DNA from: Leucoraja erinacea
Lineage: Eukaryota
NCBI RefSeq assembly: GCF_028641065.1
Contig: NC_073411.1
Location: 10,912,001-10,976,000, forward strand
Direction: 5' to 3'
DNA: 64,000 bases
The translations under genes and the position numbers were made by a program. This document shows, piece after piece, positions 40,331 through 53,100 of the stretch. The notes under the pieces were generated by a model. It was given only the letters and a program-made list of their open reading frames with translations, had not been told where the DNA came from and did not search any database. Positions within the stretch are counted from its first letter, which is position 1. Each line of letters starts with the position of its first letter.

Positions 40331-41182
40331 CGAGTCAGGACTCGGTTGGAAGGAACTGCAGATGCTGGTTTACACCGAAGATATGACAAAAATGCTGGAG
40401 TAGCTCAGCAGGTCAGGCAGCATCCCTGGAGATAAAGGAAGAGGTGAGGTTTCGGGTCGAAACGCTTCTTCAGACCGAGGGAAACTAGAGGGAAGAAATT
40501 GGTACAGAACAAATCAGAGCCAGCACAGATGACTAAGGAGCCCACAATGATCCATTGTTGGTTGTGAGAGAGATGATAACGGAGGGATGCAAACCGTGAA
40601 GCTACCAGGCTGACTAGGATGGGGGAGGGAGAGGGAATGCAAGGGTTACTTGAAATTGGAGAAATCCTTCTCTCCAGAGATGCTGTCGGCATTGTGTGCC
40701 TATCAAGTGTATGTTAGTCCGCTCTCCCTCACTCCCATGCGAATCAGTCAGCAGAATGACAATATACAATTATTAATCAATTTACAGTGTATAGCTGCGT
40801 GGATACATACATACACTGTTTGTATCCCTGTGTTATTGCCTCTTCCACAACCAACAATGGACCATTGTGGACTCCACCCATCTCTAAGGCAGATAGACAG
40901 ATAGATTCTTGATTAGTATGGGTGTCAGGGGTTATGGGGCGAAGGCAGTAGAATGGGGTTAGGAGGGAGAGATAGATCAGCCTGATTGAATGGCGGAGGA
41001 GACTTGATGGGCCGAATGACCTAATTCAGCCCCTATCACTTATGACCTTTCCTCAATTATCTGTGCTGGGTCTTATTTGATCCCTGCGTTTGCATCCATC
41101 TAGTTTCTCTCCACCCCCCCCACGCTCAGTCTGAAGAAGGGTGACGACCCGAGACGTCCATCTTTCCTGCGATGCTGCCCGG

Positions 41183-41790
41183 ACAAGAGGAGTTGAGCAT
41201 AGGAGCAAAGAGGTATTTCTGCAGTTGTACAGGGCCCTTGAGAGACCACACCTGGAGTATTTTGTGTAGTTTTGGTCCCCTAGTTTGAGGAAGGACATTC
41301 TTGTTATTGAGGGAGTGCAACGTAGGTTTACAAGGTTAATTCCCAGGATGGCGGGACTATCATATGTTGAGAGAATGGAGCGGCTGGGCTTGTACACTCT
41401 GGAGTTTAGAAGGATGAGGGGATCTTATTGAAACATATAAGATTATTAAGGGTTTGGACACGCCAGAGGCAGGAAACATGTTCCCGATGTTGGGGGAGTC
41501 CAGAACCAGGGGCCACAGTTTAAGAATAAGGGGTAAGCCATTTAGAACGGAGACGAGGAAACACTTTTTCTCACAGAGAGAAGTGAGTCTGTGAAATGTG
41601 GGTGGTGGAGGCCAGTTCTCTGGATACTTTCAAGAGAGAGTTAGATAGGGCTCTTAAAGATAGCGGAGTCGGGGGATATGGGGAGAAGGCAGGAACGGGG
41701 TACTGATTGGGGATGATCAGCCATGATCACATTGAATGGCGGTGCTGGCTCGAAGGGCCGAATGGCCCACTCCTGCACTTATTGTCTATT
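41183..41790 (+). mobile_element. CR1 LINE 3' fragment between LSM1 and the INPP5F-like gene
   Basis: Same CR1 ORF2 end and 3' UTR (..gctcgaagggccgaatggcc..tattgtctattg). Confidence 0.88.
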
Positions 41791-41960
41791 GACCCGTTGA
41801 GTTACTCCAGCACTCTGTGGCTACCTATCCCGTCCCTCTCCTTTTCTGAGTCCTCCACTGCCGGACAATCGCTGACTTTCCGTATTCCCAGCACCGGCTG
41901 CTGGCCACTGTCATCACGAAAAGGAAATACAAAACTTCTCTTCAAATGAAAACAAAAATC

Positions 41961-42061
41961 TTTAATCCTTTTTTTAATTACATTACAAGTTTGAATAATT
42001 TAAGGTCGCCATCCATCTCCAAAGATGGATTTGACAAAGTGGAATACCGTAATAATTTATT
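41961..42061 (-). terminator. Candidate polyadenylation signals of the INPP5F-like gene (AATAAA 42056-42061; ATTAAA 41961-41966)
   Basis: Hexamers on the minus strand in unique AT-rich sequence, with a T/GT-rich tract downstream of ATTAAA; located between the terminal exon and the LSM1 promoter. Confidence 0.4.
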
Positions 42062-43235
42062 TTTTCTCCCAGCTGTTTTAGGATGCAAATGAAGTTTCCA
42101 AACAGCAACAGAAGAGATAAAGTATAAAATATATTGCACTTAAAATAGAAAGTGATGGGTTTGTACATTGGTTGAATATGGGGGGGAGGGGAGGGGTTGC
42201 TAAATGTAGCTAGTCTGACGTGGTCACTGGAGAGAGCTGGGTTGGACATCCCCTGCTTCTCCAAACCCCCGTGTGCACCTTGTCCAATGTCCCGAAATAT
42301 TACAACTCCTCTCCTAACTGGGAACAGTGGATAGTTTGGAGTAACAGGCGATAATAAATAACAATTTTCTTAATATAAAAATACAGAGGAAAGAAAACTA
42401 GAATTTTTTTTCAGCGGGTCGGGCAGCATCTGTGGAAGGAGAAACAAAGTATCTTCCACCTGTATCGTGTCGGTCTCCCATCAGGTAGAGAAGTAGGTTT
42501 GGAGAGGCACAAGGAACTGCAGGTGCTGGAACCTCAAACAAAACACAAAGTGCTGGAGGAACTCAGCAAAAAAAAGGCGGCATCTGTGGAGTGTGTGGGA
42601 AGGAACTGCAGATGCTGGTTTACACCGAAGATAGACACAGAATGCTATCTCTGGAGAAAAAGGAATGGGTGACGTTTGGGGTCGAGATGTCTGAGTTCTT
42701 CATGTCTGGAGAAGGGTCTCGACCCGAAACGCAACCCATCCCTTCTCTCCACAGCTGTTGCCTGACTCACCGAGTTACTCCAGCTGTTTGTGTCTCTCTA
42801 CCGTGGACTGCTGAGTTCCTCCAGCACTTTGTGTTTTCCTCGGGTTCCCAGCATCTGCAGTTCCCGGTGGTTCACGACAGAAGAAGGAGTCCCTCTAACT
42901 GAAGGGAGACAGTCAGGTCCCAGCTGAAAATTGGTTCGTCTATTCGCCGTTGATTCTTCCTTCCCATATAGATGCTGCCCGACCCGCTGGGTTTGTGTTG
43001 GTCCACACGACGTTTCAGATTGACATATTTTCTCTCCCCATAATAACACAAGTCTCAGGAAAAAGGGGTTTGGCAGACAGATTTGCGCCTCTCGGGGGAA
43101 AGGCTGTGTGTGGGGGGTGTGGGGTGGAAGGTGAAAACTATTTGGGGAAAGGCCAAGTGAAATAGGCTGTCCCCAGGTACCGTTGCGTTTGTCAATGTGA
43201 AGTCCTTGTTGCAAACGCAACCCCCCCGGAGTTGT

Positions 43236-44122
43236 TTAGCCCTCGTCACTTGCCGGGCTTGGCGTTGCTGTTGCGTTCCGTGGCCAGCGGGTAGACAGCA
43301 CCGGGGAGGGTCGGCGTTGAGCCCCTGGAAGAGTCCTGGGAGTCGTCATGCAAACTCCGCCGCTTCTTAGCTTGAAGCTGCGAGACGCCGAGCTTGCCCG
43401 CTTGGGTGGGCTGGAGCCGGGGCTGGGGGCCGCTGCGCCCGGGGGTGGGGGTGGGCGAGGGGCTGGCGCCGGGGGTGGGGGGGCGGGCGAGGGCGGGGGG
43501 GCGCTGGCCGGGGGGGCGAGGCGGGGCGGGGGGCTGGCCGGGGGTGGGGGGGGGGGGGGGGGCGCTGGGCGGGGGGGGGGGGTGGGCGAGGGGCGCTGGC
43601 CGGGGGTGGGGCGCGAGGGCTGGGGGCCTCTGCGCCCGGGGTGGGCGGGGGAGGGCTGGGGGCCTCTGCGCCCGGGGGTGGGCGAGGGCTGGGGGCCTCT
43701 GCGCCCGGGGGTGGGCGAGGGGCGCTGGGCAGGGGCAGGGGCTGGCGGAGGGGGCTTCTTCTCGTCCTCCTCCGAGGAGATGGAAGAGGAGGAGGCGAAC
43801 GAGGTGCAGGAAGAGCCAGATACTGACACAGACGGGGTGGTGGACGGGGAGCTCCTGATGGAGACCAACCCCGAGTCTTCGGCCGAGACCTGCGACTGCG
43901 AACTGGCGGAGCTGGTGGCCGAGACACGCCTGGTGTAGTTCACCTGCAGCTTCGCATTGTCGTCCCCATGGCTGGTAGATGGACAGTATCTGGTCGCGGT
44001 AAGTTCGCCTCAACACCGGCTCGCACGGCTCCGAGATGCGAGGGGTGCCTTTGCGTGGCGCGGGCGTCACGATGCGGGGAGATGTCTTAGCTCGCTCCTT
44101 GCCCTTGGAGGGCTCCACCTTC
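43236..44122 (-). CDS. Probable terminal exon of the INPP5F-like gene: basic, Ser-rich, acidic, then Pro-rich repeat tail
   Basis: CpG-rich island. Phase-2 acceptor ctgtctccattacag opens KVEPSKGKERAKTSPRIVTP. The Ser/Pro-rich frame (VNYTRRVSATSSASS..SEEDEKKPPPPAPAP..DEG*) needs a frame change near 43965. Confidence 0.55.
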
Positions 44123-47100
44123 CTGTAATGGAGACAGTCGCGGTGAACGTCTAGGTGACCCGGAAAGCAACGACCCGCTACTCCCTGGGACGCCCGAATG
44201 TGACCACCATGCCCACATCTCCAACCTCTATCCATGAACCACCCTCCCCGCATCTCCAACCTCTCTCCATAGACCACCATGTCCACATCTTAAACCTTTC
44301 CTCCGTGACTCCCGGCAGCCTGACCAAGGGAGATGGTGGGGAAAAAACTGAACCCAAGCAGGCTGCAGACCATTAGGAGAGAAGTGTTTAAGAGGGAACT
44401 GCAGATGCTGGAGAATCGAAGGTTACACAAAAAAGCTGGAGAAACTCAGCGGGTGCAGCAGCATCTATGGAGCGAAGGAAATAGGCAACGTTTCGGGCCG
44501 AAACCCTTCTTCAGACGTCTGAAGAAGGGTTTCGGCCCGAAACGTTGCCTATTTCCTTCGCTCCATAGATGCTGCTGCACCCGCTGAGTTTCTCCAGCTT
44601 TTTTGTGTAACCATTAGGAGAGAAGTCTCAGGGGAAGAGAACACCACGGCTCCTCTGAATGTCCATAGTTTAGTTAAGCTTGGAGATCCAGCACGGAAAC
44701 AGGCCATTCGGCCCAACACCGACCTTCGATTTGAAAAAATATTTTTTTAGAGATGCAGGGTGAAAACAGGCCCTTCGGCCAGCGATCGCCCCATCCCCGG
44801 GCACCATCCTACACACTGGGGACAAATTACAATTACAATTTACAGAAGCCAATTAACCTACAAACCTGCAAGTTGACAACATTCTTCCTGGAGCAGGGTG
44901 ACCAAAACTGGATAGAATACTCCAGATGTGGACTCACCAACGTCTTGTACAACTGCAACATAATATTCCAACCTCTATACTCACTACCCTGACCGATGAA
45001 GACCAATGTACCAAAAGCCTTCTTGCCCACCCTATCTATCATTGACTCAACCTTCAGAGAACTATGTGCTTGCACTCCTGTACCCCTGTGCTCTACAACA
45101 GACCCCAGGGCTCTGCCGTTCACTGTGAAGGTCCACCCCTGGTTTGACTTCCCAAAATGCGACACCTTGCACTTATGCGGACAGTCCGCATGTGGAATAT
45201 TGTGTGGGAAGCAACTGCAGATGCTGGTTGAAATCGAAGGTAGACACAAAATGCTGGAGTAACTCAGCGGGGCAGGCAGCATCTCCGGAAAGAAGGAATG
45301 GGTGACGTTTTGGGTTGAGACCCTTCTTCAGATTGATGTCAGGGGAGTGGGCGATCCATCCCCTCCCCTTCCCGGTTCTCCCACCAGTCTTACTGTCTCC
45401 GACTACATTCTATCTCTGTGCTGCTCACATGCGTGTCAGGGATTAGGGCTAGTCTCCTTCGACCGGTCCGTTCACAAGCTACTAATATCTGAGGAACCGG
45501 AAAAAAGGATACCCTGATGATATTTCTACTATGATTGGTTCACATGCTATAACCAATCTACAAGTCTGAAGAAGGGTCTCGACCCGAAACGTCACCCTTC
45601 CCTGCTCTCCAGAGATGCTGCCTGTCCCGCTGAGTTACTCCAGCATGTTGTGACTGCCGCCCAACATGTCCACATGTGCACTGCCATGTGCGTTGAAACT
45701 GGGAAGCTAGACAAGTTACTGGGAACCTGTACATCTGTACCTGGGCTGCCTCCGGTGACATACGTTGACGATGCACTTGACCCCAGCCATGAGGAAATGA
45801 ATGAAGGAGATCAGTATGGTCCAGACGCCTTCCATGAAATGTCTACTGCAAGGCACCAAGACATCGATACTGCGTTATTTACCAGACACAACCCTCCCCC
45901 TCAGAACATTCCCCGCAGTGTCTCCTGCGCGGGAACGTCCTTTTCCCGAAACTCCTAACCCTGGAAGAGGATAATCAAGGTCTCCCCCACTGGCCACAGC
46001 ATTGGAGCTGGATTATTTGCTTAAAGCCGACTGGATCTTCTCACTGGGTGAGAGACATAAGCGACTGCAGATGCTGGGATCTTGGAGGAACTCAGCGGGC
46101 CAGGAAGTATCTGTGGGGAAGTGCGCAGATGGCGTTCTGGGTACAGGCCTTTCCTTGGACTGGAAGGACATTGCGCAGTGCTAGCAAGTCCGGGTACGGA
46201 AACTTGAAGAAAACTTCCTCAAAGAGTAGGGCATCCATTGGAATCATAGAGGGGAAGCAGTGGGAGGGAACTCATGTTGGAGAGAGGAGGAGGACTTCTT
46301 CAAAGTGGGAACACTTTTGAGGAGATTTCATAGAGCTGTTGAAATCTGGAGAAAAATACGACACAAAGTGCTGGAGGAACTCGGCATGTCAGGCAGCATC
46401 CGTGGTGGGGAATGGAAAGGTTATGATTCGGGTCGGGACGTTCCTTCAGACTCCCACTGAGGGACTGGGTCACGGGGTCACGAGAACCCACCCCAAACTC
46501 TGTGGGCAGACAGCCAATGTCTTCATACAGTGGCTTATGTGGGCGCCAAAGGTTATCGGGAGAAGACAGGAGAATGGGGTTGAGTGGGAAAGATAGATCA
46601 GCCGTGAAATGGTGGAGTAGACTTCATCGGTCGAATGACAGAATTCTGCTCCCATGACTTATGACCACAGTTCTCTCCGATCCGAAACCAGTCAAAGAAA
46701 ATACTTGGAACAAATGAGGAAGTATTTTGCGTTCCATGCAAACCCCGGCCCCCGGCCTCCAAAGATGTCATGACACAGAGGCAATCTCTTCACAAAAGGC
46801 AGCAGTGGTTGTAGGAATGGCTGGACCCCTTGGCATGGGCAGGTGGGCAAAGGTAGTAAAACGCGAGTGGGACCCTTGGCTTGTAAACAAATGGAAAGTG
46901 CCCTCTGAGTTCCCCCAGCACTCTGGGTGCAGAAAGCATGTGAAGGAATCGAAAGGCAGACCGGGTAGGATTTTGTGTGGATCAGGCGCGTCCCACTCAA
47001 TAACTCACGTGGATCTCTTCTCCGCATTGATCGGCAGTTCTGTTCCTGTGATCGCTCGTCTGGCCCTCCGAATGACCGCAGCTACAGTGTAGAGGTTGTC

Positions 47101-50100
47101 TGAAAAACACTACACATTAGCCATCTACTCCTCCCGATGGCTGACCAAGCCATGGGTCAGCTGTACGTCAATGGAACTGCCCATGCTGGTTTACAACCGA
47201 AGATCGATACAGAATACTGGAGCAACTCCGTGGGTCAGGCAGCATCTCTGGAGAAAAGGAATAGGTGACGTTTCGGGTCGAGACCCTTCTCCAGGCGGAG
47301 AGACGGGGGAGAGGAAAGCTAGAGGTATGAATAGGTGCAAAAGAACAAATGAATGAAAGGTGTGCAGAAGGACAAATCAAAGCCAGCAACGTTAACCAAG
47401 GAAAGATGGAGCCCACAATGCTCCATTGTTGGCTGAGGAGAAGGTTGAACTAAGCAGGACAACAGTGAAACCAGTAGGCTGACTAGGGTGGGGGAGGGAC
47501 AGAGAGAGAGGGGGAAAGCAATGATTACGAAGTTAGAGGCATCAATGTTCATACCGCTGGGTTGTACCCTGCCCTGGAGAATACGATAGGTGACGTTTCG
47601 GGTCGGGACACTTTTTCAGACTGATTGTCGGGGGAGGAAGGGAAAGAAAAGCTGAGAGACAGGATGGGGCAACCTTCGGTTTCGGCCCAAATCTCCTTCG
47701 CTCCATAGATGCTGCTGCACCCGTTGAGTTTCTCCAGCATTTTTGTGTACCTTATAGTTCAGAGGAGATCTGGTAAAGACTTTTTCTCACTCGGAGGGTG
47801 GTTCAATTTAGAACACACTGCTTCAGATAGGTACTCCAAGAACATGAGTGACCATCTAGCCTGGAAGGTTACAGATCAAATGCCAGGGGATTAGCATCGG
47901 GTTCGATCCTGACAGCGGATGCTGTTTGTATAGAGTCCGGACTCTCCCTGTGACCTGCGTGGGTTTTCTCCGGGTGCTCCGGTTTCCTCCCACACTACAG
48001 AGACCACGGGGTGTGATCTCAAGAGCGATACAACGTGGTGAAGTGTGGAACTTGTTAAATGGCTTGGGTGGAGGAAGAGGGCAAGGGGAAGATTCGGTGG
48101 GTAGTTTAGTGTTGTATCTCTAAACTAAACTACACTGAACCAAGTGACAAGGTGCTTGCTTACCTTGAACGACGCCATGCTGGTACTGAAGAGCTGGCCT
48201 CAGTACGTACAGATTGGTGCCCTTTCCAGTGATGGTGTAATAAATATTCATACAAATCTTCCCCGCCTTTTCCCTGGTGTAGTGGTGATGACCTTCAAAA
48301 ATAATATATATATTTTTTTTTTTCCTCCTCTCCATCCCCTTTTACCTTTTCCCCGGCCTTTCTTTACTATCTCACGAACTAACACGATCATCACTGCTTA
48401 TGATACTCCTTTCTTTCGGCTTGTTTTCCTCATCTCGGTCCTACAAGATTTCCCCCTTACCCTTAAACTGTGACCCATATAACCATATAACAATTACAGC
48501 ACGGAAACAGGCCATCTCGACCCTTCTAGTCCGTGCCGAACACATATAATCTCCCTAGTCCCATATACCTGCGCTCAGACCATAACCCTCCATTCCCTTC
48601 CCATCCATATAACTATCCAATTTATTTTTAAATGATAAAAACGAACCTGCCTCCACCACCTTCACTGGAAGCTCATTCCACACAGCTACCACTCTCTGAG
48701 TAAAGAAGTTCCCCCTCATGTTACCCCTAAACTTCAGTCCTTTAATTCTCATGTCATGTCCCCTTGTTTGAATCTTCCCTACTCTCAGTGGGAAAAGCTT
48801 TTCCACGTCAACTCTGTCTATCCCTCTCATCATTTTTAAAAACCTCTATCAAGTCCCCCCTTAACCTTCTGCGCTCCAAAGAACAAAGCCCTAACTTGTT
48901 CAACCTTTCTCTGTAACTTAGTTGCTGAAACCCAGGCAACATTCTAGTAAATCTCCTCTGTACTCTCTCTATTTTGTTGACATCCTTCCTATAATTAGGC
49001 GACCAAAATTGTACACCATACTCCAGAATTGGCCTCACCAATGCCTTGTACAATTTTAACTTGTTCTGGACTTCCCCAACATCAGGAACAATCTTCCTGC
49101 ATCTAGCCTGTCCAACCCCTTAAGAATTTTGTACGTGTCTATAAGATCCCCCCTCAAACTTCTAAATTTAGCAAGTACAAGTCGAGTCTATCCAGTCTTT
49201 CTTCATATGAAAGTCCTGACATCCCAGGAATCAGTCTGGTGAACCTTCTCTGTACTCCCTCTATGGCAAGAAAGCGTCTCGTCTGTAGAAGTGTCTCGAC
49301 CCGAAACCTCACCTTTTCCTTCTATCCAGAGACGCTGCCTGTCCCGCTGAGTTACTCCAGCGTGTTGAGTCAGTGAGCTGAACTTGGTTCCCCGGATTTG
49401 GGCACCAGAGCAGAGTTTGCCTCTACTCCCCGACACAGACCCACAGCCCCAAATGAGACGAGACTCACACTTACCAATTTCTATTTTGAGCAAGTCTGGC
49501 AGAACGATGCGCTTTGTTTTAGAGACTTGGCATTTTTTGGTGATGCTGCAAAGAAAAATGTGGTCAGAACACACAAGGCCGAATCAAGAGTTTCCTGGAT
49601 ATTTCTGCTTCATACTTTTGAGACCGCAACTGTATGACCATTTGACCTTTCATACCCATATGTTCAAAGTTCATAAGTCATAGGGTACAGATTTAGGCCA
49701 TTCGGCCCATTGAGTCATCTACGCCATTCAATCATGGCCGATCTATCTTTCCATCTCACCCCCATTCTTCTGCCTTCTCCCCGTAACCTTTGACACCCTT
49801 AGTAATCAAGAACCTATCCATCTCCGCTTTAAAAATACCCATTGACTTGTCCGCCACAGCCCTCTGTGGCAACGAATCCCACAGATTCACCACCCTCGGA
49901 CTGAAGCCGTTCCTCCTCATCTCCTTCCTAAAGGTACGTCCTTTTATTCTGAGGCTGTTCCCTCTGGTCCCAGACGCTCCCACTAGTCCCACCATCCTCT
50001 CCACATCCACTTTATCCAGGCCTTTCAAGATTCGGTAAGTTTCAATTAGTTCCCACCCACCCCCACCTCCCCCCCCCCCCCCCCCCCCCCCCCCCCCGTT

Positions 50101-53100
50101 CCTCTCATCCTTCTCAGTTCTTTGAAAGAGTGTTCCAAATTATCCCACTTTCTCATAAATTTAAGGAGCAGAATGAGGCCATTCAGCCCATCAAGTCTAC
50201 TCCACCGTTCAATCACGGCTGATCTATCTTTCCCTTTCAACCCCATTCTCTTGCCTTCTCCCCATAACCTCTGACACCCATACTAATCAAGAATCTGTCT
50301 ATCTCTGCCATAAAAATGACATTGACTTGGCCTCCATAGCCTTTTGTGGTAATGATTTTCACAGATTTCCCTCTTAACCCCTTATCCTCTCTTCGCCCCA
50401 TAAGCCTTGACACCCTTACTAATCAAAAGTCTTCTTCATTACTTTCCATTAAGAATGACCTCTTTCCAAATATTTATCTAATTCCGTCATGAACATAGAA
50501 ATATAGAAAATAGGTGCTGGAGTAGGCCATTCAGTCCCAGATGGCTGACCATCCAGAATCAGTACCCCGTTCCTGCTTTCTTCACATAGCCCTAAGCACT
50601 ATATCCAACCCTCTTTTGAATACATCCAATGAATTGGCCTCCACTGCCTTCTGCGGCAGAGAATTCCACAGATTCAAAACTCTCTGGGTGAAAAAGCTTT
50701 TCCTCATCTCATTCCTAAATGGCCTACCCCATATTCTTAAACTGTGACCCCTGGTTCTGGACTCCCCCAAAATGGGGAACATTTTTTCCTGCATCTTTTC
50801 CTGCATCTGTCCAATCCCTTAATAATTTTATATGTTTCTATAAGGGCCCATTTTTCCTTCCAAATTCCAGTGAATATAAGAGCAGTCAATCCATTCTTTC
50901 ATCATATGTCAGTCCTGCCATTCCAGGAATTATCCTGGTAAACCTACACTGTACTCCCTCCACATTACCGGTGGACCTTCTGAGATTGGATGAAATATTT
51001 TACAGTTACTCACTGAGCAAAGTAACAAGCTTCATCGGTAAGCAGGAGCAAGATGTCCAGATTCTGCCTGTGCCATCTCTTCCCCCTGAAACAAGAAATG
51101 AACAGCAAGGGCAACAAAACAATGAAGAGATTGGCAGAAAGGCAGAGAAAGTGCAGCCCCTCAACTTCTGAAAGAAGTGGAAAATGCTGGTGATATTCGT
51201 GAGGTCAGGCAGCAACCGTGGAGAGAGAAACAACCTTTGACTGAAAAGGTTGGAATACCGCCATTGTTTTAAGTTTATTTTAGTTTAGTTTAGAGATATG
51301 GCGCGGAAACAGGCCCTTCGACCCACCGAGTCCGCGCCGACCAGCGGTCCCCACACATTAACACCATCCTGTACTAGGGCCAATTAACCTGCAAGCATGG
51401 ACGTCTTTGGAGTGTGGAAGGAAACCAAAGTTCTCGGGGAAAACCCACGGGGAGAAGGTAAAAACTCCGTACAGACAAGCATCCGTAGCCAGGATCGAAC
51501 CCGGGTCTCCGGAGCTGTAAGCGCTGTAAGGCAGCAACTCTACCGCTGCGCCACCGTGTCGCACAGAGTTGCAGAGAATGGGGAGGGTGTCAAGAGAGTG
51601 AATGGGGGGGTGGTGACCATGAGGGAAAATGGATGACACAGGTTGCCAATGGTGGTGAAGGTATTAAAGGCAACAAATGAGTCCAGTCGAGGTGCAAATA
51701 AGGAAGGATGAAGGAGGGTACAGGAGGCAAGGTGAGGGGATGATAAAGAATACTGCTGCAAAACACAACCAGGTCAGGGAGCATCCTCTCTGGACCAACC
51801 TCGCCCATTTCCCCTTGATCTCTGTCCTAGCATAAACATTCCCCTTCTTCTCTTTATCCCAACCACTCTTCTCTGTAATTTCAAACAAGCCTGCATTCGA
51901 ACCTTTACAATTCTAATGAAAGGTCAGAAACTCGAATCCTCAACTCTATTTCTCTGTCCACAGTTGCTGCTTGATCTGTAATAGTCTGACGAACATGGCT
52001 GTTTCTGTAGGTACAATTCCAATTCCCCTTTAGACTTTAATTTGGCGATTCAGCATGGAAACAGGCCCTGCGACCCACCGAGTGTGCGCCGACCAGCGGT
52101 CTCCCCGTACGCGAGCACTATCCTATACACGTTGTGGCCAACTTACAATTGACAGAAACCAATTTTTACCAAAGCCAATTGACCTACAAACCTGCACGTC
52201 TTTGGAGTGTGGGGGGAAACCGGAGCACCCGGAGAAAACCCACATGGTCACGGGGAGAACGTACAAACTCCGTACAGACAGCACCCGTAGTCAGGATCGA
52301 ACCTGTGTCTCTAGTGCAGTAAGGCAGCAACTCTACCCTGCACCACTGTGCCATCCCTGTGCCGGACTTGATGTCAAGAGGAACTCACTCACTACAAATA
52401 TTTCACACGACACAAACTCGCAGCCATTTTTCCAAAACCCATGGGATTCACTTGAACTTGTAACATCAGCTTGTGGTGGTTTGTATCGACATACAGCATG
52501 GAAACAGGCCCTTCGGCCCACCGAGTCCACACTGACCGTCCATCACCCGTTCACACGAGTTCCATGTTATCCCATTTTCTCATCCACTCCCAACGCACCA
52601 GGGGACGATTTAGAAAGCCGATTAGCTTACAGGCGCTCATGTCTTTGGTATGTGGGAGGAAAATGGAGCACCTGGAGAAAACCCACGCGGTCATGTGGAG
52701 AACGTGCTAACTCCACGAAGACAGCACCCGAGGTCAGGATTGAGGTCAGGGAGGCAGCCATGCCATTGTGCCTCATGTTCACAGTTACAATTGCAAAACC
52801 AACCTCACGTTTTCATCAGGAGACTCATATTCTAAAGTAACTCTGTTAAAAAATATTAGTTTTGGTTCATTTGAGGCTTTTGTCGCCCCTCCCAACTCTC
52901 AGTATCACATCATAAACAGTTTATCTTGCCGCGAATATGACAGTCTTAACTTAACACATTCTCTGTAACACCCTGAACCTAATCTGCTGATATTTTCAGG
53001 CAGCATTTTTGTTCATTAATGAGGCGCAGAATATCACAGAGTGTTATAGAGTCATACAGTGCGGAAACAGGCCCTTCGTCCCAACTTGCCCATGCTGACC

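Noticed and set aside
40117-43235. BAG4 head-to-head with LSM1, as in human
   Set aside because: No BAG-like coding sequence seen; the interval holds repeats and the probable INPP5F-like 3' UTR.
43348-43938. Plus-strand Gly-rich/acidic ORF as a separate gene
   Set aside because: Antisense shadow of the GC-rich minus-strand exon; no independent splice or homology support.
52055-52840. 261-aa ORF
   Set aside because: Chance read-through of two adjacent SINE copies.
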